64,000 bases of DNA from Candidatus Undinarchaeota archaeon (GTDB lineage Archaea > SpSt-1190 > JASMDC01): the NCBI GenBank assembly GCA_964519305.1, contig CAZFHY010000015.1, positions 1 through 64,000 on the forward strand. The letters are read 5' to 3'. This document shows positions 21,023-29,780 of the stretch, one piece after another. Position 1 is the first letter of the stretch; every line of letters starts with the position of its first letter. The notes under the pieces are model-generated. The model was not told the origin of the DNA, searched no databases, and saw nothing but the letters and a program-made list of their open reading frames with translations. Made by a program: the position numbers and the translations under genes.

Positions 21023-21667
21023 GTGGACCTCGCAGCTCTCCCGGCCGCTTTGTACACAATAGTGCTCGCCCTCGCAGCAGGTCAGGACCTGCGCACCGGC
21101 GAGATCGAAGAGCGCGTGCTTCGTGGGCTCGTGCTCGCGGGCGTCGTGGGCGCACTGGTCCACTCCTGGGGCCAGGCCATGGTCCAGGTCCCCGTTCTGG
21201 TGGGTGTCGTTGCGCTCCTTCTAAACCGTGGTGGATGGATGGGCGGGGCTGACCTTACGGCCCTGGTCGCCCTCGCTGTCGCGGTACCGATCCATCCTGT
21301 CCCCGGATACAGCACTCCTCTGCCGTTCCCCGTGAGCGTGTTCATGCTGGCGCTGTTGCTCTCCACGGGATGGCTGGCAGTGCGGGGAGCGATTGGCGTG
21401 ATGCGGTCCGGGCGATGGCTGCGGGCATTCGCCATCACCGCGGGCGTGGCCGTGGTGCTGTGGTCCTCCTACGGATCATGGGACCTGCTGCTGCTGCTGG
21501 ACCTGCTGCTGCTGGCGCTGCTGGTACAGTACCTGGGGCGTCTGGCGGAGCATGGGGGCGCACCCGATCCATGGTCCGAGGTGAGGTTCCTCCCCATGGT
21601 GCTGACATCGCTCCTGCTCCACCTGGTCGGTGGCGACCCGCTCGGTTGGATATTTAAGGTTATTTGA
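21023..21667 (+). CDS. Prepilin/preflagellin peptidase (A24, FlaK/PibD-like)
   Basis: QDLRTGEI first Asp motif, MGGADL second Asp motif, C-terminal FLP; highly hydrophobic. Confidence 0.8.
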   Translation: MDLAALPAALYTIVLALAAGQDLRTGEIEERVLRGLVLAGVVGALVHSWGQAMVQVPVLVGVVALLLNRGGWMGGADLTALVALAVAVPIHPVPGYSTPLPFPVSVFMLALLLSTGWLAVRGAIGVMRSGRWLRAFAITAGVAVVLWSSYGSWDLLLLLDLLLLALLVQYLGRLAEHGGAPDPWSEVRFLPMVLTSLLLHLVGGDPLGWIFKVI

Positions 21668-21681
21668 CCCCCTTCATCCCG

Positions 21682-22812
21682 ATGAGCAAGTTCATGAACT
21701 GCCTGACCATCGGTATCGGGCAGGCAGGGAACCTTGCCGTCAACAACCTCTACGCCTCGGGAGCATCCTCGGACGTGGAGGCGACGGTGAAGAAGGCTAC
21801 CGGCGAGCTCTTCGACTACTTCCGTCCGATCCTCGTCAACACCGACGAGACCGACCTGGCTCAGGCCAAGAACATCAGTAAGAACAACAAGATACACGTC
21901 TCCGCCCACGGTGCCGGAGGCAAGTTCGAGTGGGGAAAGCGCATCGCTAGGGCCCACGAGGACATCCTCTTCCAGCGCATCCGGGCGCTCACCGTTGAGC
22001 AGGGATTCAAACCTAACTTCGTGTTCCTCATCCACTCCCTGGGCGGTGGTACGGGGAGCGGGTTCACACCGATAATCGCCGAGATCGCAGAGCGCATCCG
22101 GTACGAGGCGGGGATGGGGGAGAACGAGTTCTCCATCGTGGACGTACCCTTCCTCCCGTTCCGCTATCAGAAGGGCGATATCGAGGATAACATCATTAAT
22201 TGCCTCAACGAGATGCTACGCAAGGTCGATGGCGTGCTAATGGTCGATCTGGAGCACTTCTACGAGCGCATCCCACCTCAGTACAAGAACGATCCCAAGA
22301 ATCCGCTCACCGTTGACAAGTTGCTCGAGGCCGTGGACATGGACGCCATGATGGCCATCCGCCTGCTCACCGTGTTCGGTTCGGGGACGTCCAGCGTCAT
22401 CGAGGGACAGGTGGCGGACGTGGCCGACATCAAGGCCACCATCTCCTCCGGCGCTTTCTCGGTTATCGGAGTGAACAGGACACCTGTGGACGATAAGGGC
22501 AATCCCTCGGTGGGCATCCCTCACTTGGTGCGCGCCACCATGGTGGAGAAGATGAGCGCCAGCTCGGACTTCAAGAAGGCCAACGGTGCCCTCCTCCTCA
22601 TCAAGGGTCCAAAAGCGCCCTCCATTAAGGACATGCGTACCGCCATCGATATAATCCACCAGGAGATTGGCGAGAAGACCGTTCGCGAGGCCTATGCGAT
22701 CATCCCCAACGCGGATAAGTACGAAGTAGTGCTGATCCTGGCCGGTGTGGCGCTCACCCGTCTTGAGAAGATCCTCGATGGTGTCGAGGAGCGGAAACAG
22801 GGGGGCGGTTGA
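21682..22812 (+). CDS. Divergent tubulin/FtsZ/CetZ-family GTPase
   Basis: IGIGQAGN (T1), VNTD, GAGG (T3), SLGGGTGSG (T4 signature), LPF, VADVADIK (T7-like). Confidence 0.9.
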   Translation: MSKFMNCLTIGIGQAGNLAVNNLYASGASSDVEATVKKATGELFDYFRPILVNTDETDLAQAKNISKNNKIHVSAHGAGGKFEWGKRIARAHEDILFQRIRALTVEQGFKPNFVFLIHSLGGGTGSGFTPIIAEIAERIRYEAGMGENEFSIVDVPFLPFRYQKGDIEDNIINCLNEMLRKVDGVLMVDLEHFYERIPPQYKNDPKNPLTVDKLLEAVDMDAMMAIRLLTVFGSGTSSVIEGQVADVADIKATISSGAFSVIGVNRTPVDDKGNPSVGIPHLVRATMVEKMSASSDFKKANGALLLIKGPKAPSIKDMRTAIDIIHQEIGEKTVREAYAIIPNADKYEVVLILAGVALTRLEKILDGVEERKQGGG

Positions 22813-24090
22813 GTGTTCGACGTGGATCTGGGCGGGATCGATCCGTTGATGCTCTTCCCTGTCATCACGCTTTCACTTGCACTAATAGGTTACGTGCTCA
22901 TCAAGCTGTTCGGTGGGAAGAAGCCGGCGGTAGGTGCGCAGAGCGCTCCGTCAGGTCTCCAGGCATCGGAGCTCATCGACGCCTGGGGCACAACCACGGC
23001 GCCGGATAACGTCTACCAGGCCACCGCTCCTGATGAGATTACGGGGAAGAGGGCGGACTTCGGGGACAAGACCCGCCTCAAGCGCGCCCTGCTAGGACCG
23101 CTGGCCGTGATGGTGTACGACCTGCTCTCAAAGGACTTCCTGAGGAGCTACCACAACAAGGTCGAGGTCGGGTATACCAAGGTGTACCCTGGGGAGAAGG
23201 AGATCGAGGTAGTCCCTCCCCGCTTCATCGGTGAGGACTTCCTGATCTTTGCGCTGGTTGGCGGTATTATCGTGTGCGCCATGGCGCTGGGTGTGGGCTA
23301 CATGTTCCAGGGCGGTATACTGGCCATGGGTTTCGCGGCTATCGTGGGCTTCGGGTTCGGGTTCAGCATGGTGTTCCTCATGCCCCTATTCACCTTCGAG
23401 CGGCGCAAGGACGAGATCGAGGCACACCTCCCTGACGTGCTCGAACAGCTGTCGACCATGTCCGGAATGAAGAACATGGACGAGATAATACGATACCTAG
23501 CCGAGACCCGGCTTGGTGCCGTGTCCGAAGAGTTCGCCATCGGTAACCATATTCTACGCCGCAACCTCAATCTCAACCTCGCACTCGATCGCATCCGCGA
23601 GCGCTCCGAGTCCAAGACCGTAGGGCGTGTGCTCAACCTCCTCAACGAGGGCGCCAGGCGCGGTGTGGACGTCTCTGACGCGGCCAAGAAGATGGCCGAG
23701 AGCATGCGTAACAAGCATATGATCCTGAGGGAGCGCTCGGCATCGCTCTCCCTGCAGCGCTATACCCTGCTATCGGCAGCTGCCTTACTCGTACCCCTTA
23801 TCCTCGGTATCGTATGGGGCATATCCCAGTCCCTCTCAGGATTCGGTAGTGGCGATGCTCTGGCAGGTTCGGGCATCAAGTTCGATCCGAAGAAGGCAGA
23901 GCTGGTGCTCATGACCGTGCGTCAGGTGTTCGGTATCTACGTGGTGATCCATGCTGTCGAGGCGTCGTTCTCAGTGGCCAGACAGGAGGGCGATGTGAAG
24001 CGGGCGGTCATCTATCTGGCGCCATTGGCCGCGATCTCGTACCTTGTGTTCGACAATGTCTGCGACCTGGCAGCGACCATGTTCGTGTGA
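22813..24090 (+). CDS. Type II secretion F / TadC-like pilus platform membrane protein
   Basis: RRKDEIEAHLPDVL...G.....I..LA...LGAVSEEF...AL..I.ER..S...R...LL.EG..RG T2SSF pattern; 3 C-terminal TMs. Confidence 0.85.
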   Translation: MFDVDLGGIDPLMLFPVITLSLALIGYVLIKLFGGKKPAVGAQSAPSGLQASELIDAWGTTTAPDNVYQATAPDEITGKRADFGDKTRLKRALLGPLAVMVYDLLSKDFLRSYHNKVEVGYTKVYPGEKEIEVVPPRFIGEDFLIFALVGGIIVCAMALGVGYMFQGGILAMGFAAIVGFGFGFSMVFLMPLFTFERRKDEIEAHLPDVLEQLSTMSGMKNMDEIIRYLAETRLGAVSEEFAIGNHILRRNLNLNLALDRIRERSESKTVGRVLNLLNEGARRGVDVSDAAKKMAESMRNKHMILRERSASLSLQRYTLLSAAALLVPLILGIVWGISQSLSGFGSGDALAGSGIKFDPKKAELVLMTVRQVFGIYVVIHAVEASFSVARQEGDVKRAVIYLAPLAAISYLVFDNVCDLAATMFV

Positions 24091-24149
24091 ACCCGGGCCC
24101 CGACCCACGGTTTTATATGCTCTAGCCGCCATATCAATCCAAGATAGCG

Positions 24150-25310
24150 ATGGCGCTCTCCACGCTAGCCCTGCTCGTGTTGGCCGTCACGCCAGGCCTC
24201 TATCTCCTCTGGTACTTCTACAAGAAGGACGAGTACGAGCCCGAGCCCATGGACCTTGTCATGAAGACCTTCGTGGCAGGCGCCGTGATGGTGTTCCCAG
24301 CTGCCATGCTCGAGTCATGGCTCATGGTGGGACCATTCCTGGTCACGGAGGGGGCCTCATGGGTGTTCGTGTTCATCGCCTCGTTCTTCATAATCGGACC
24401 TGTGGAGGAGTACTTCAAGCTCCGGGCCGTGATGAGGACCGCTTTCGACTCGCCTGAGTTCAACGAGCCCATGGACGGGGTAGTGTACTGCTCCGCTGCC
24501 TCACTTGGATTCGCCAGCCTTGAGAACATATTCTACGTCGTGGGCACGGGGAGCGTCTGGGTGGGTCTCGCCCGCGCCGTGCTCTCGGTCCCCGGTCACG
24601 CCTTCATGGGCGTTCTCATGGGGTACTGGGTCGGCAAGGCAAAGATGGAGCCCGAGAACAAGGACAAGTACATCACTATAGGTTTCGTGCTCGCGACCGT
24701 GCTCCACGGGATCTACGACTTCTTCATCCTTGCGGAGCCCAATCCGGTGTTCCTCCTGTTCTTCCTCTATATCTTCATGGGGACCCTTGTCAAGAAGGGT
24801 AAGGAGGCCATCGAGGAGCACAGCGGCAACTCGCCCTTCCGGGCAGAGCTCGGGATAACTGAGGAGAAGAAGATACCGAGAGTGACCGACCGACAGGCCA
24901 GGTATCAGACTTGGCAGGAGTCGGTGAAGCCTACTCCCGCACGCAGGGCGGTCCTGCGCCCCACAACGGCCCCCGTTTCCGGCCCTTCCCTCGATGAGTG
25001 GGGGGACCCACAGTTCTGCACGTCCTGTGGTAAGAACATCGAAGGCGATCGCGAGTACGTGGAGTGTGACGAGTGCGGGGCAGCAGTGTGCGAGCAATGC
25101 GCCATCCTCGCCGATGACCGGGACCTCTGCAAGGCCTGCGCGAGCGAGCCCGCGAACTGCGGCCAGTGCCGACGCGACATCCGTAACGACCGCGAGTACG
25201 CGGTCTGCGACTGGTGCTCAAAACCTCTGTGTGCGAAATGCGCCGTTTCGGATGGCCACACTGACCTCTGTCGTGACTGTTCCGGCTCCCTCGGATTCGT
25301 AGTAGGATAG
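24150..25310 (+). CDS. prsW: PrsW-family intramembrane protease fused to two 8-Cys Zn-finger repeats
   Basis: DEYEPEP, EEYFK, GFASLEN, HAFM and HGIYD motifs; two C-terminal CxxC-x12-CxxC-x4-CxxC-x9-CxxC units. Confidence 0.88.
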   Translation: MALSTLALLVLAVTPGLYLLWYFYKKDEYEPEPMDLVMKTFVAGAVMVFPAAMLESWLMVGPFLVTEGASWVFVFIASFFIIGPVEEYFKLRAVMRTAFDSPEFNEPMDGVVYCSAASLGFASLENIFYVVGTGSVWVGLARAVLSVPGHAFMGVLMGYWVGKAKMEPENKDKYITIGFVLATVLHGIYDFFILAEPNPVFLLFFLYIFMGTLVKKGKEAIEEHSGNSPFRAELGITEEKKIPRVTDRQARYQTWQESVKPTPARRAVLRPTTAPVSGPSLDEWGDPQFCTSCGKNIEGDREYVECDECGAAVCEQCAILADDRDLCKACASEPANCGQCRRDIRNDREYAVCDWCSKPLCAKCAVSDGHTDLCRDCSGSLGFVVG

Positions 25311-25427
25311 CTTTCGGTTTTTTAGGGCGGCTCCCCGACCATCTTGTTCCCCTTTAAGAGCGCCCGGAGACAGAATAATAGTATCGTTTGGGGAATTATC
25401 CCAGAGAGAAAAAACAGAAAGGTGACA

Positions 25428-25808
25428 ATGATGGAAATACAAGGGAACCAGGTACCGGAACTGGCGACCGTGTTCCCCGTTGAAGCCAGTGAGCTTACGG
25501 CTGCCACGTTGCCAATCCTTGATAGCGAGCGTGACCAATACCACATCCAGCATGAACGGAACTGTTCTGTTTGCGGATGTCCATTGGAAGAAGAATGGGA
25601 ATATCTCCCGTGCGACGCCTGCGGCGCCATTGTGTGCAGCGAGTGCATCTCAAAGGCAGACGGCCACCGCATATGCCCTGTGTGCACGAGCGAGCTCGAA
25701 CCGTGGACAGAGCTAGGTTCCGGCATCACGGGTGTCGAGGCCGACGCCACTTGGGAGGACGAACTGGCGGGATGTAATTTGGAAGGGCTCCCCAGAGCCT
25801 TCACATAG
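25428..25808 (+). CDS. Small stand-alone 8-Cys Zn-finger protein
   Basis: GGTGA SD; CSVC..CDAC..CSEC..CPVC with the same spacing as the PrsW tail repeats. Confidence 0.7.
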   Translation: MMEIQGNQVPELATVFPVEASELTAATLPILDSERDQYHIQHERNCSVCGCPLEEEWEYLPCDACGAIVCSECISKADGHRICPVCTSELEPWTELGSGITGVEADATWEDELAGCNLEGLPRAFT

Positions 25809-25878
25809 CCTTTTCACGAACAACGCCCCATGGAAAGGTTTATGAGGTCGTCCCAGGCCCCAGCTTGAACAGGGAACC

Positions 25879-26631
25879 ATGGAACGTCTCGTGCTCGTCG
25901 GCAGCGATCATACGACCAACGTCTATAACTCCGTCATGGATCTACTGGAGCGGGAGCGGCCCGATGCCATCACCTTGGAGTATGATGTGGACTCCGGGTG
26001 CCTAGACTCGGTCCTTGGTATGACCGACGAGGAGCTGGATATCCTCGACCATATGCAGCAGCTGGACTTCCGCACCCAGACGCGCGAGATGGGCGAGCTT
26101 TCCCTCCAGCTGCCCTTCGATAACTACGATTCCGGGAGCGAGCTGTACGCGGGCATCGTGTACGCCCTGCGCACCGGCACCCCCATATTCCTCATCGACT
26201 ACGGGCCGCGCTGGGAGCTGTCCCATGAGCTGGACCTCACCACCCCCGAGGGCCGGGCCGAGGTGCTCGATCCCACTCTCGAACCGCGTCCGCCGCCAAC
26301 GTATCGCGGTCCGAACAAGGAGCCGCTGGACGAGGGCAAGTATTACCACGTGTTCGGGATGTACCGGTTCGGTACCCTGGACGACGCGGATGTGTTCGAC
26401 GATGTTCCCGGAGAGCGCAAGGACGTATCGGTCCGCAACCACTACATGGCCCAGGCACTTGAGAGGGTATACGACCGGACCCAGGCCTCCACTATCGTCC
26501 ACATCGGCGGGAGCGGTCACTACGAACCGACGGTATGCCTGCCCCTCCAGGACATGGTCGCCCCGGGGGAGATGGGGATCAGGACACTCGCTGCCGGCGA
26601 CCTGGTCGTGAACGAGCCCTATTCCGGATAG
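25879..26631 (+). CDS. TraB/GumN/Tiki-like metalloprotein
   Basis: LVGSDH, RPDAITLE, RNHYMA and HIGGSGH match the TraB-family motif order. Confidence 0.6.
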   Translation: MERLVLVGSDHTTNVYNSVMDLLERERPDAITLEYDVDSGCLDSVLGMTDEELDILDHMQQLDFRTQTREMGELSLQLPFDNYDSGSELYAGIVYALRTGTPIFLIDYGPRWELSHELDLTTPEGRAEVLDPTLEPRPPPTYRGPNKEPLDEGKYYHVFGMYRFGTLDDADVFDDVPGERKDVSVRNHYMAQALERVYDRTQASTIVHIGGSGHYEPTVCLPLQDMVAPGEMGIRTLAAGDLVVNEPYSG

Positions 26632-26695
26632 AGGTCCGTACAACCTATACGAAAGGTTGATAAATCAACACGGACCGATTATTAGTAGAGTGCCT

Positions 26696-26773
26696 ATGGA
26701 GAATGCATCGCTGCGAACGATCGTGGCTACGCTCACCTCCAGCTTCGGCACTACGACTTGGTTCGGCTTCTGA
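26696..26773 (+). CDS. Putative Thr-rich leader peptide MENASLRTIVATLTSSFGTTTWFGF
   Basis: 25-codon uORF with 6 Thr (including TTT), about 30 nt after a BRE/TATA-like GAAAGGTTGATAAA and directly upstream of aspartate kinase. Confidence 0.45.
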   Translation: MENASLRTIVATLTSSFGTTTWFGF

Positions 26774-26805
26774 GGGACCCACTCCCGCTCCCGGGTAGTG
26801 GTCCC
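26774..26805 (+). promoter_or_regulatory. GC-rich hairpin immediately after the uORF stop (attenuator-like)
   Basis: GGGAC-c-CACT-CCCG-ctcc-CGGG-t-AGTG-GTCCC, 13 bp with two bulges. Confidence 0.45.
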
Positions 26806-26861
26806 CGACCGTTTACTCAGGAGCGTGACATCCCTGCCGAACGAAGACAGAGGTGGAACGC

Positions 26862-28208
26862 ATGGAAGAAGAAAGGACCCCGGACGAGATCGCGCAACAC
26901 GCAGATGTACGAATCCCCGATAGCTGGGACGGGTCCTTTACAACTACGGTCGTGCTCAAGATCGGCGGCTCCTGTCTCGCTGACGGACCGTCCATCAGGA
27001 TGGTCGTGGACCGGATCGCCGAGATCAAGGCCCGGGGCATCACCCCCGTCATCGTCGTCAGTGCGCTCAAAGGTATGACCGACGCGCTCCTCGACGTGGC
27101 CCTGAACGCCAATGGAGGACATGATCCGCGGCTCGTGGACCGGATCGTGGCCGAGGGTGAGCAGCTGAGCGCCCGCATATTACAGACCGCATGTGAGAGC
27201 GCCGGTGTTCCGGCACGCGCCGTGCTCCTGGCCGATCCGGTGTTCCCCGTGGTCACTGATGACCGACACGGCCGCGCGAGACCACTGCTAGATGAGACCG
27301 AGCGGCGTTCACAAGCGGTGCTGGGGCCTCTCCTGGCCGGCGGTCAAGTGCCCATCGTCCCTGGTTTCGTGGGCATGACCATGGCCGGCGAGATCACGAC
27401 CCTGGGCAGGGGCGGCTCGGATACGACCGCGGTGCTCCTGGGCAGGGCATTGCATGCTTGCGAGATAGTCCTGGTCAAGGACGTGCCCGGTGTCTGCTCT
27501 GCTGACGCACGGACCGTCGATGACGTAAGAACGCTCCCTGAGATGAGCGTCGATGAGGCTGCAGAGCTCGCTGCACACGGTGGAGAAGTGATCTGTCCCG
27601 GATCTCTGACATACAAACCGGCCGATGTGCCTGTACGTGTCGTGGGTCTCGATGCACCCGATCTGCTGGCCGGTGGGACTCTCATCACAGGTGAGCTGCG
27701 GAGCGAGGTACGAGTGGACATAATCGATGGGGAACTTGCCGCAGTGACCGTTGTCGGAAAGGGTGTCGGGAACGAGCGGGGACTGCTCGGGCGGTGCACT
27801 GGAGCATTGGCTGACGTCGGTATCGATGTGGTCGCCGTATCCACATCCGGGATGTCGCTTTGCCTCTATCTGGACCCGGATAGCGTGGATGCGGCCACAC
27901 AGGCCTTGCACCACGTGGTGCTCGAAGAAAATCGACAATCCTCGGTGACCGCTCGGTCAGGTCTAGTTTCCCTATCGGTCACTGGACTGGATGTCGGGCG
28001 GGGTGCTATCGGCGCTATAGATACTGCGCTCGCACGTGAAGGTATCGAGGTAGTCGATATCGCCACTCGACCCTCGCACGCATCTGTGGTCGTGGACGCC
28101 AGGGATGCCGAGCGGGCCCGGGAGTCTCTAGCAGGAGCGTTCGCGAACAACGGACCACGGACAGCTCTTCTCGTGCCACGTCCGGCGGCCGGACCTATCC
28201 CGTCGTGA
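26862..28208 (+). CDS. lysC: Aspartate kinase with C-terminal ACT domains
   Basis: VLKIGGS, VVSALKGMTD, GEQLSA, TTLGRGGSDTTA and KDVPGV..ADAR motifs; ACT repeats; GAGGTG SD. Confidence 0.93.
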   Translation: MEEERTPDEIAQHADVRIPDSWDGSFTTTVVLKIGGSCLADGPSIRMVVDRIAEIKARGITPVIVVSALKGMTDALLDVALNANGGHDPRLVDRIVAEGEQLSARILQTACESAGVPARAVLLADPVFPVVTDDRHGRARPLLDETERRSQAVLGPLLAGGQVPIVPGFVGMTMAGEITTLGRGGSDTTAVLLGRALHACEIVLVKDVPGVCSADARTVDDVRTLPEMSVDEAAELAAHGGEVICPGSLTYKPADVPVRVVGLDAPDLLAGGTLITGELRSEVRVDIIDGELAAVTVVGKGVGNERGLLGRCTGALADVGIDVVAVSTSGMSLCLYLDPDSVDAATQALHHVVLEENRQSSVTARSGLVSLSVTGLDVGRGAIGAIDTALAREGIEVVDIATRPSHASVVVDARDAERARESLAGAFANNGPRTALLVPRPAAGPIPS

Positions 28209-28217
28209 TGGGATTGT

Positions 28218-28694
28218 CTAGCATAGGGGGAGGAGGTGCTCTACCTCTTCCCTCTTCTCCGCGGCCTCGAGAAGGAGCCTGGCGAGCTTGCGCTTCTCAT
28301 CGAAGTACACTTCCATGGCTGTACTCTCTCCGTAGAGCTCGTATAGCATAGTATCCCTGCCTGCGGGGCAACCTCTTCTACGCATACAGCAGTAAGCTAG
28401 CGATCCGAAGCAGACCTCGTCGCAGTCCCACTTCCGCTCATGTGAGAACGCGTCCTTGATACTGACGAACTCAAGCTGTGACAAGCCGATACGGGAGAGG
28501 AGAGCGTCGCGTCGGCACTTGTCTGCGAACATCAGAGGATGTCCCGGTTTGCAGCAGAAAGTGAGCCCGCGGGCGTCTCCGCCCATGCACACGGGAACTG
28601 GAGCGCGCTCCCATCCGGGCACGTCCCGGAGCTTCGAGGGATCCGGTCCACCATCGTCGACCTTTGCTACATGATCATTCCCCACGGCAATCAT
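28218..28694 (-). CDS. Cys-rich protein resembling methanogenesis marker 9 domain
   Basis: W..AP.PVCMGGDARGLTFCC....C.RD..L..IGLS..EF..IK...CFGSLAYCC...C...RD...Y...K..LA pattern. Confidence 0.7.
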   Translation of the reverse strand: MIAVGNDHVAKVDDGGPDPSKLRDVPGWERAPVPVCMGGDARGLTFCCKPGHPLMFADKCRRDALLSRIGLSQLEFVSIKDAFSHERKWDCDEVCFGSLAYCCMRRRGCPAGRDTMLYELYGESTAMEVYFDEKRKLARLLLEAAEKREEVEHLLPLC

Positions 28695-28841
28695 CCCGAT
28701 CTCGTCCGGTGGACATCCGTAAAGAAAGGACTAAACGCTTTTATTACGAAGCCGGAAGCTCCGGGATAGGAAACACTCGGTTAGATACCACACATCCTGC
28801 GGACCGTCGTAAAGCTCGTTAAGCAGGACCCTTCAGTGGCT

Positions 28842-29720
28842 TCACCCGACTACAAGCACAATCCCGACAACGGTGACGATCACACCGGCGAACAGCCGTG
28901 CGGTAACACGCTCACCAAGGGTGAGGGCGATGAGAGCGGTGAATATCGGGCTGGCTGCAGTGATGGAGGAGATGACGCTCCCCCGTTCGATCGCGAGCCC
29001 CTTGTACATGAGCAGTGTGCCCAGCGCTGTACCGAAGAACCCGCCCGCGCTCATGTAGACAATGTTGCTGCGGTCCAACCGGGACCCGAGCCCTCGCAAC
29101 CGTCCCGTCGCGGCGTTCATCACGGTAAGACATAGGAACGCACCGGTGAGCTGGCCGAGGTTAAGCAGTTCGGGAGGCACGGATACGATCAACGTTTTGA
29201 AGATGGCGATACCGATCCCCCATCCGGCAGCGGTACCGAGGGGGATGAACACGCCACGACCGTACCACGGGCCGACCTCGGATTCAGTGCCATCATCACC
29301 TCTGGCGGTGGATACGAGGTACACGCCCGCCGTGACCAGAGCGATGCCCGTAACGATTGGTGCCGAGACCGGTTCCCTCAGGAAGAGCAGGACGAAGATG
29401 GGGTACACGGAGCTGATGGTGGCGGCACGAGCGGGACCGATGAGCTGGATGCCCTTGATGAGAAGGGTGTCGGCCGCTCCGAAATGGAGCCCGCCAACGC
29501 CGAGCATGATGGCTATCAGAGGGAACGTGAGGGTGCTCAGTGCATCGGCCGCAGGGGAGAGCATGACATATGTGGTGAACACCACGAGGGGTGCTGCCAG
29601 ACGCACGAGATTGGCCAATGACGGAGGCAGGTCACGGGAGCCACGCTCGTAGAGCACAGGTGCCAGTCCGAAGCATACACAGGCGGCGAACCCGTACAAG
29701 ATACCCTCGGTACCGACCAT
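28842..29720 (-). CDS. EamA/DMT family transporter
   Basis: About 10 TM in two EamA repeats; SVYP.F...L.E and SPIFTAL...LGE motifs. Confidence 0.9.
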   Translation of the reverse strand: MVGTEGILYGFAACVCFGLAPVLYERGSRDLPPSLANLVRLAAPLVVFTTYVMLSPAADALSTLTFPLIAIMLGVGGLHFGAADTLLIKGIQLIGPARAATISSVYPIFVLLFLREPVSAPIVTGIALVTAGVYLVSTARGDDGTESEVGPWYGRGVFIPLGTAAGWGIGIAIFKTLIVSVPPELLNLGQLTGAFLCLTVMNAATGRLRGLGSRLDRSNIVYMSAGGFFGTALGTLLMYKGLAIERGSVISSITAASPIFTALIALTLGERVTARLFAGVIVTVVGIVLVVG

Positions 29721-29780
29721 GGGGTGTGCCTCGACCGTCGCCAACAGAGGACGTTCTCTTAAAAACCTAGGGCTCAGGCT

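Noticed and set aside
21483-21525. CTG triplet run as a contingency repeat
   Set aside because: Encodes Leu residues of a TM helix and is interrupted.
21682-22812. Calling this canonical ftsZ
   Set aside because: GQAG T1 loop, no NPxxG, GGGTGSG rather than GGGTGTG, and no division-gene context.
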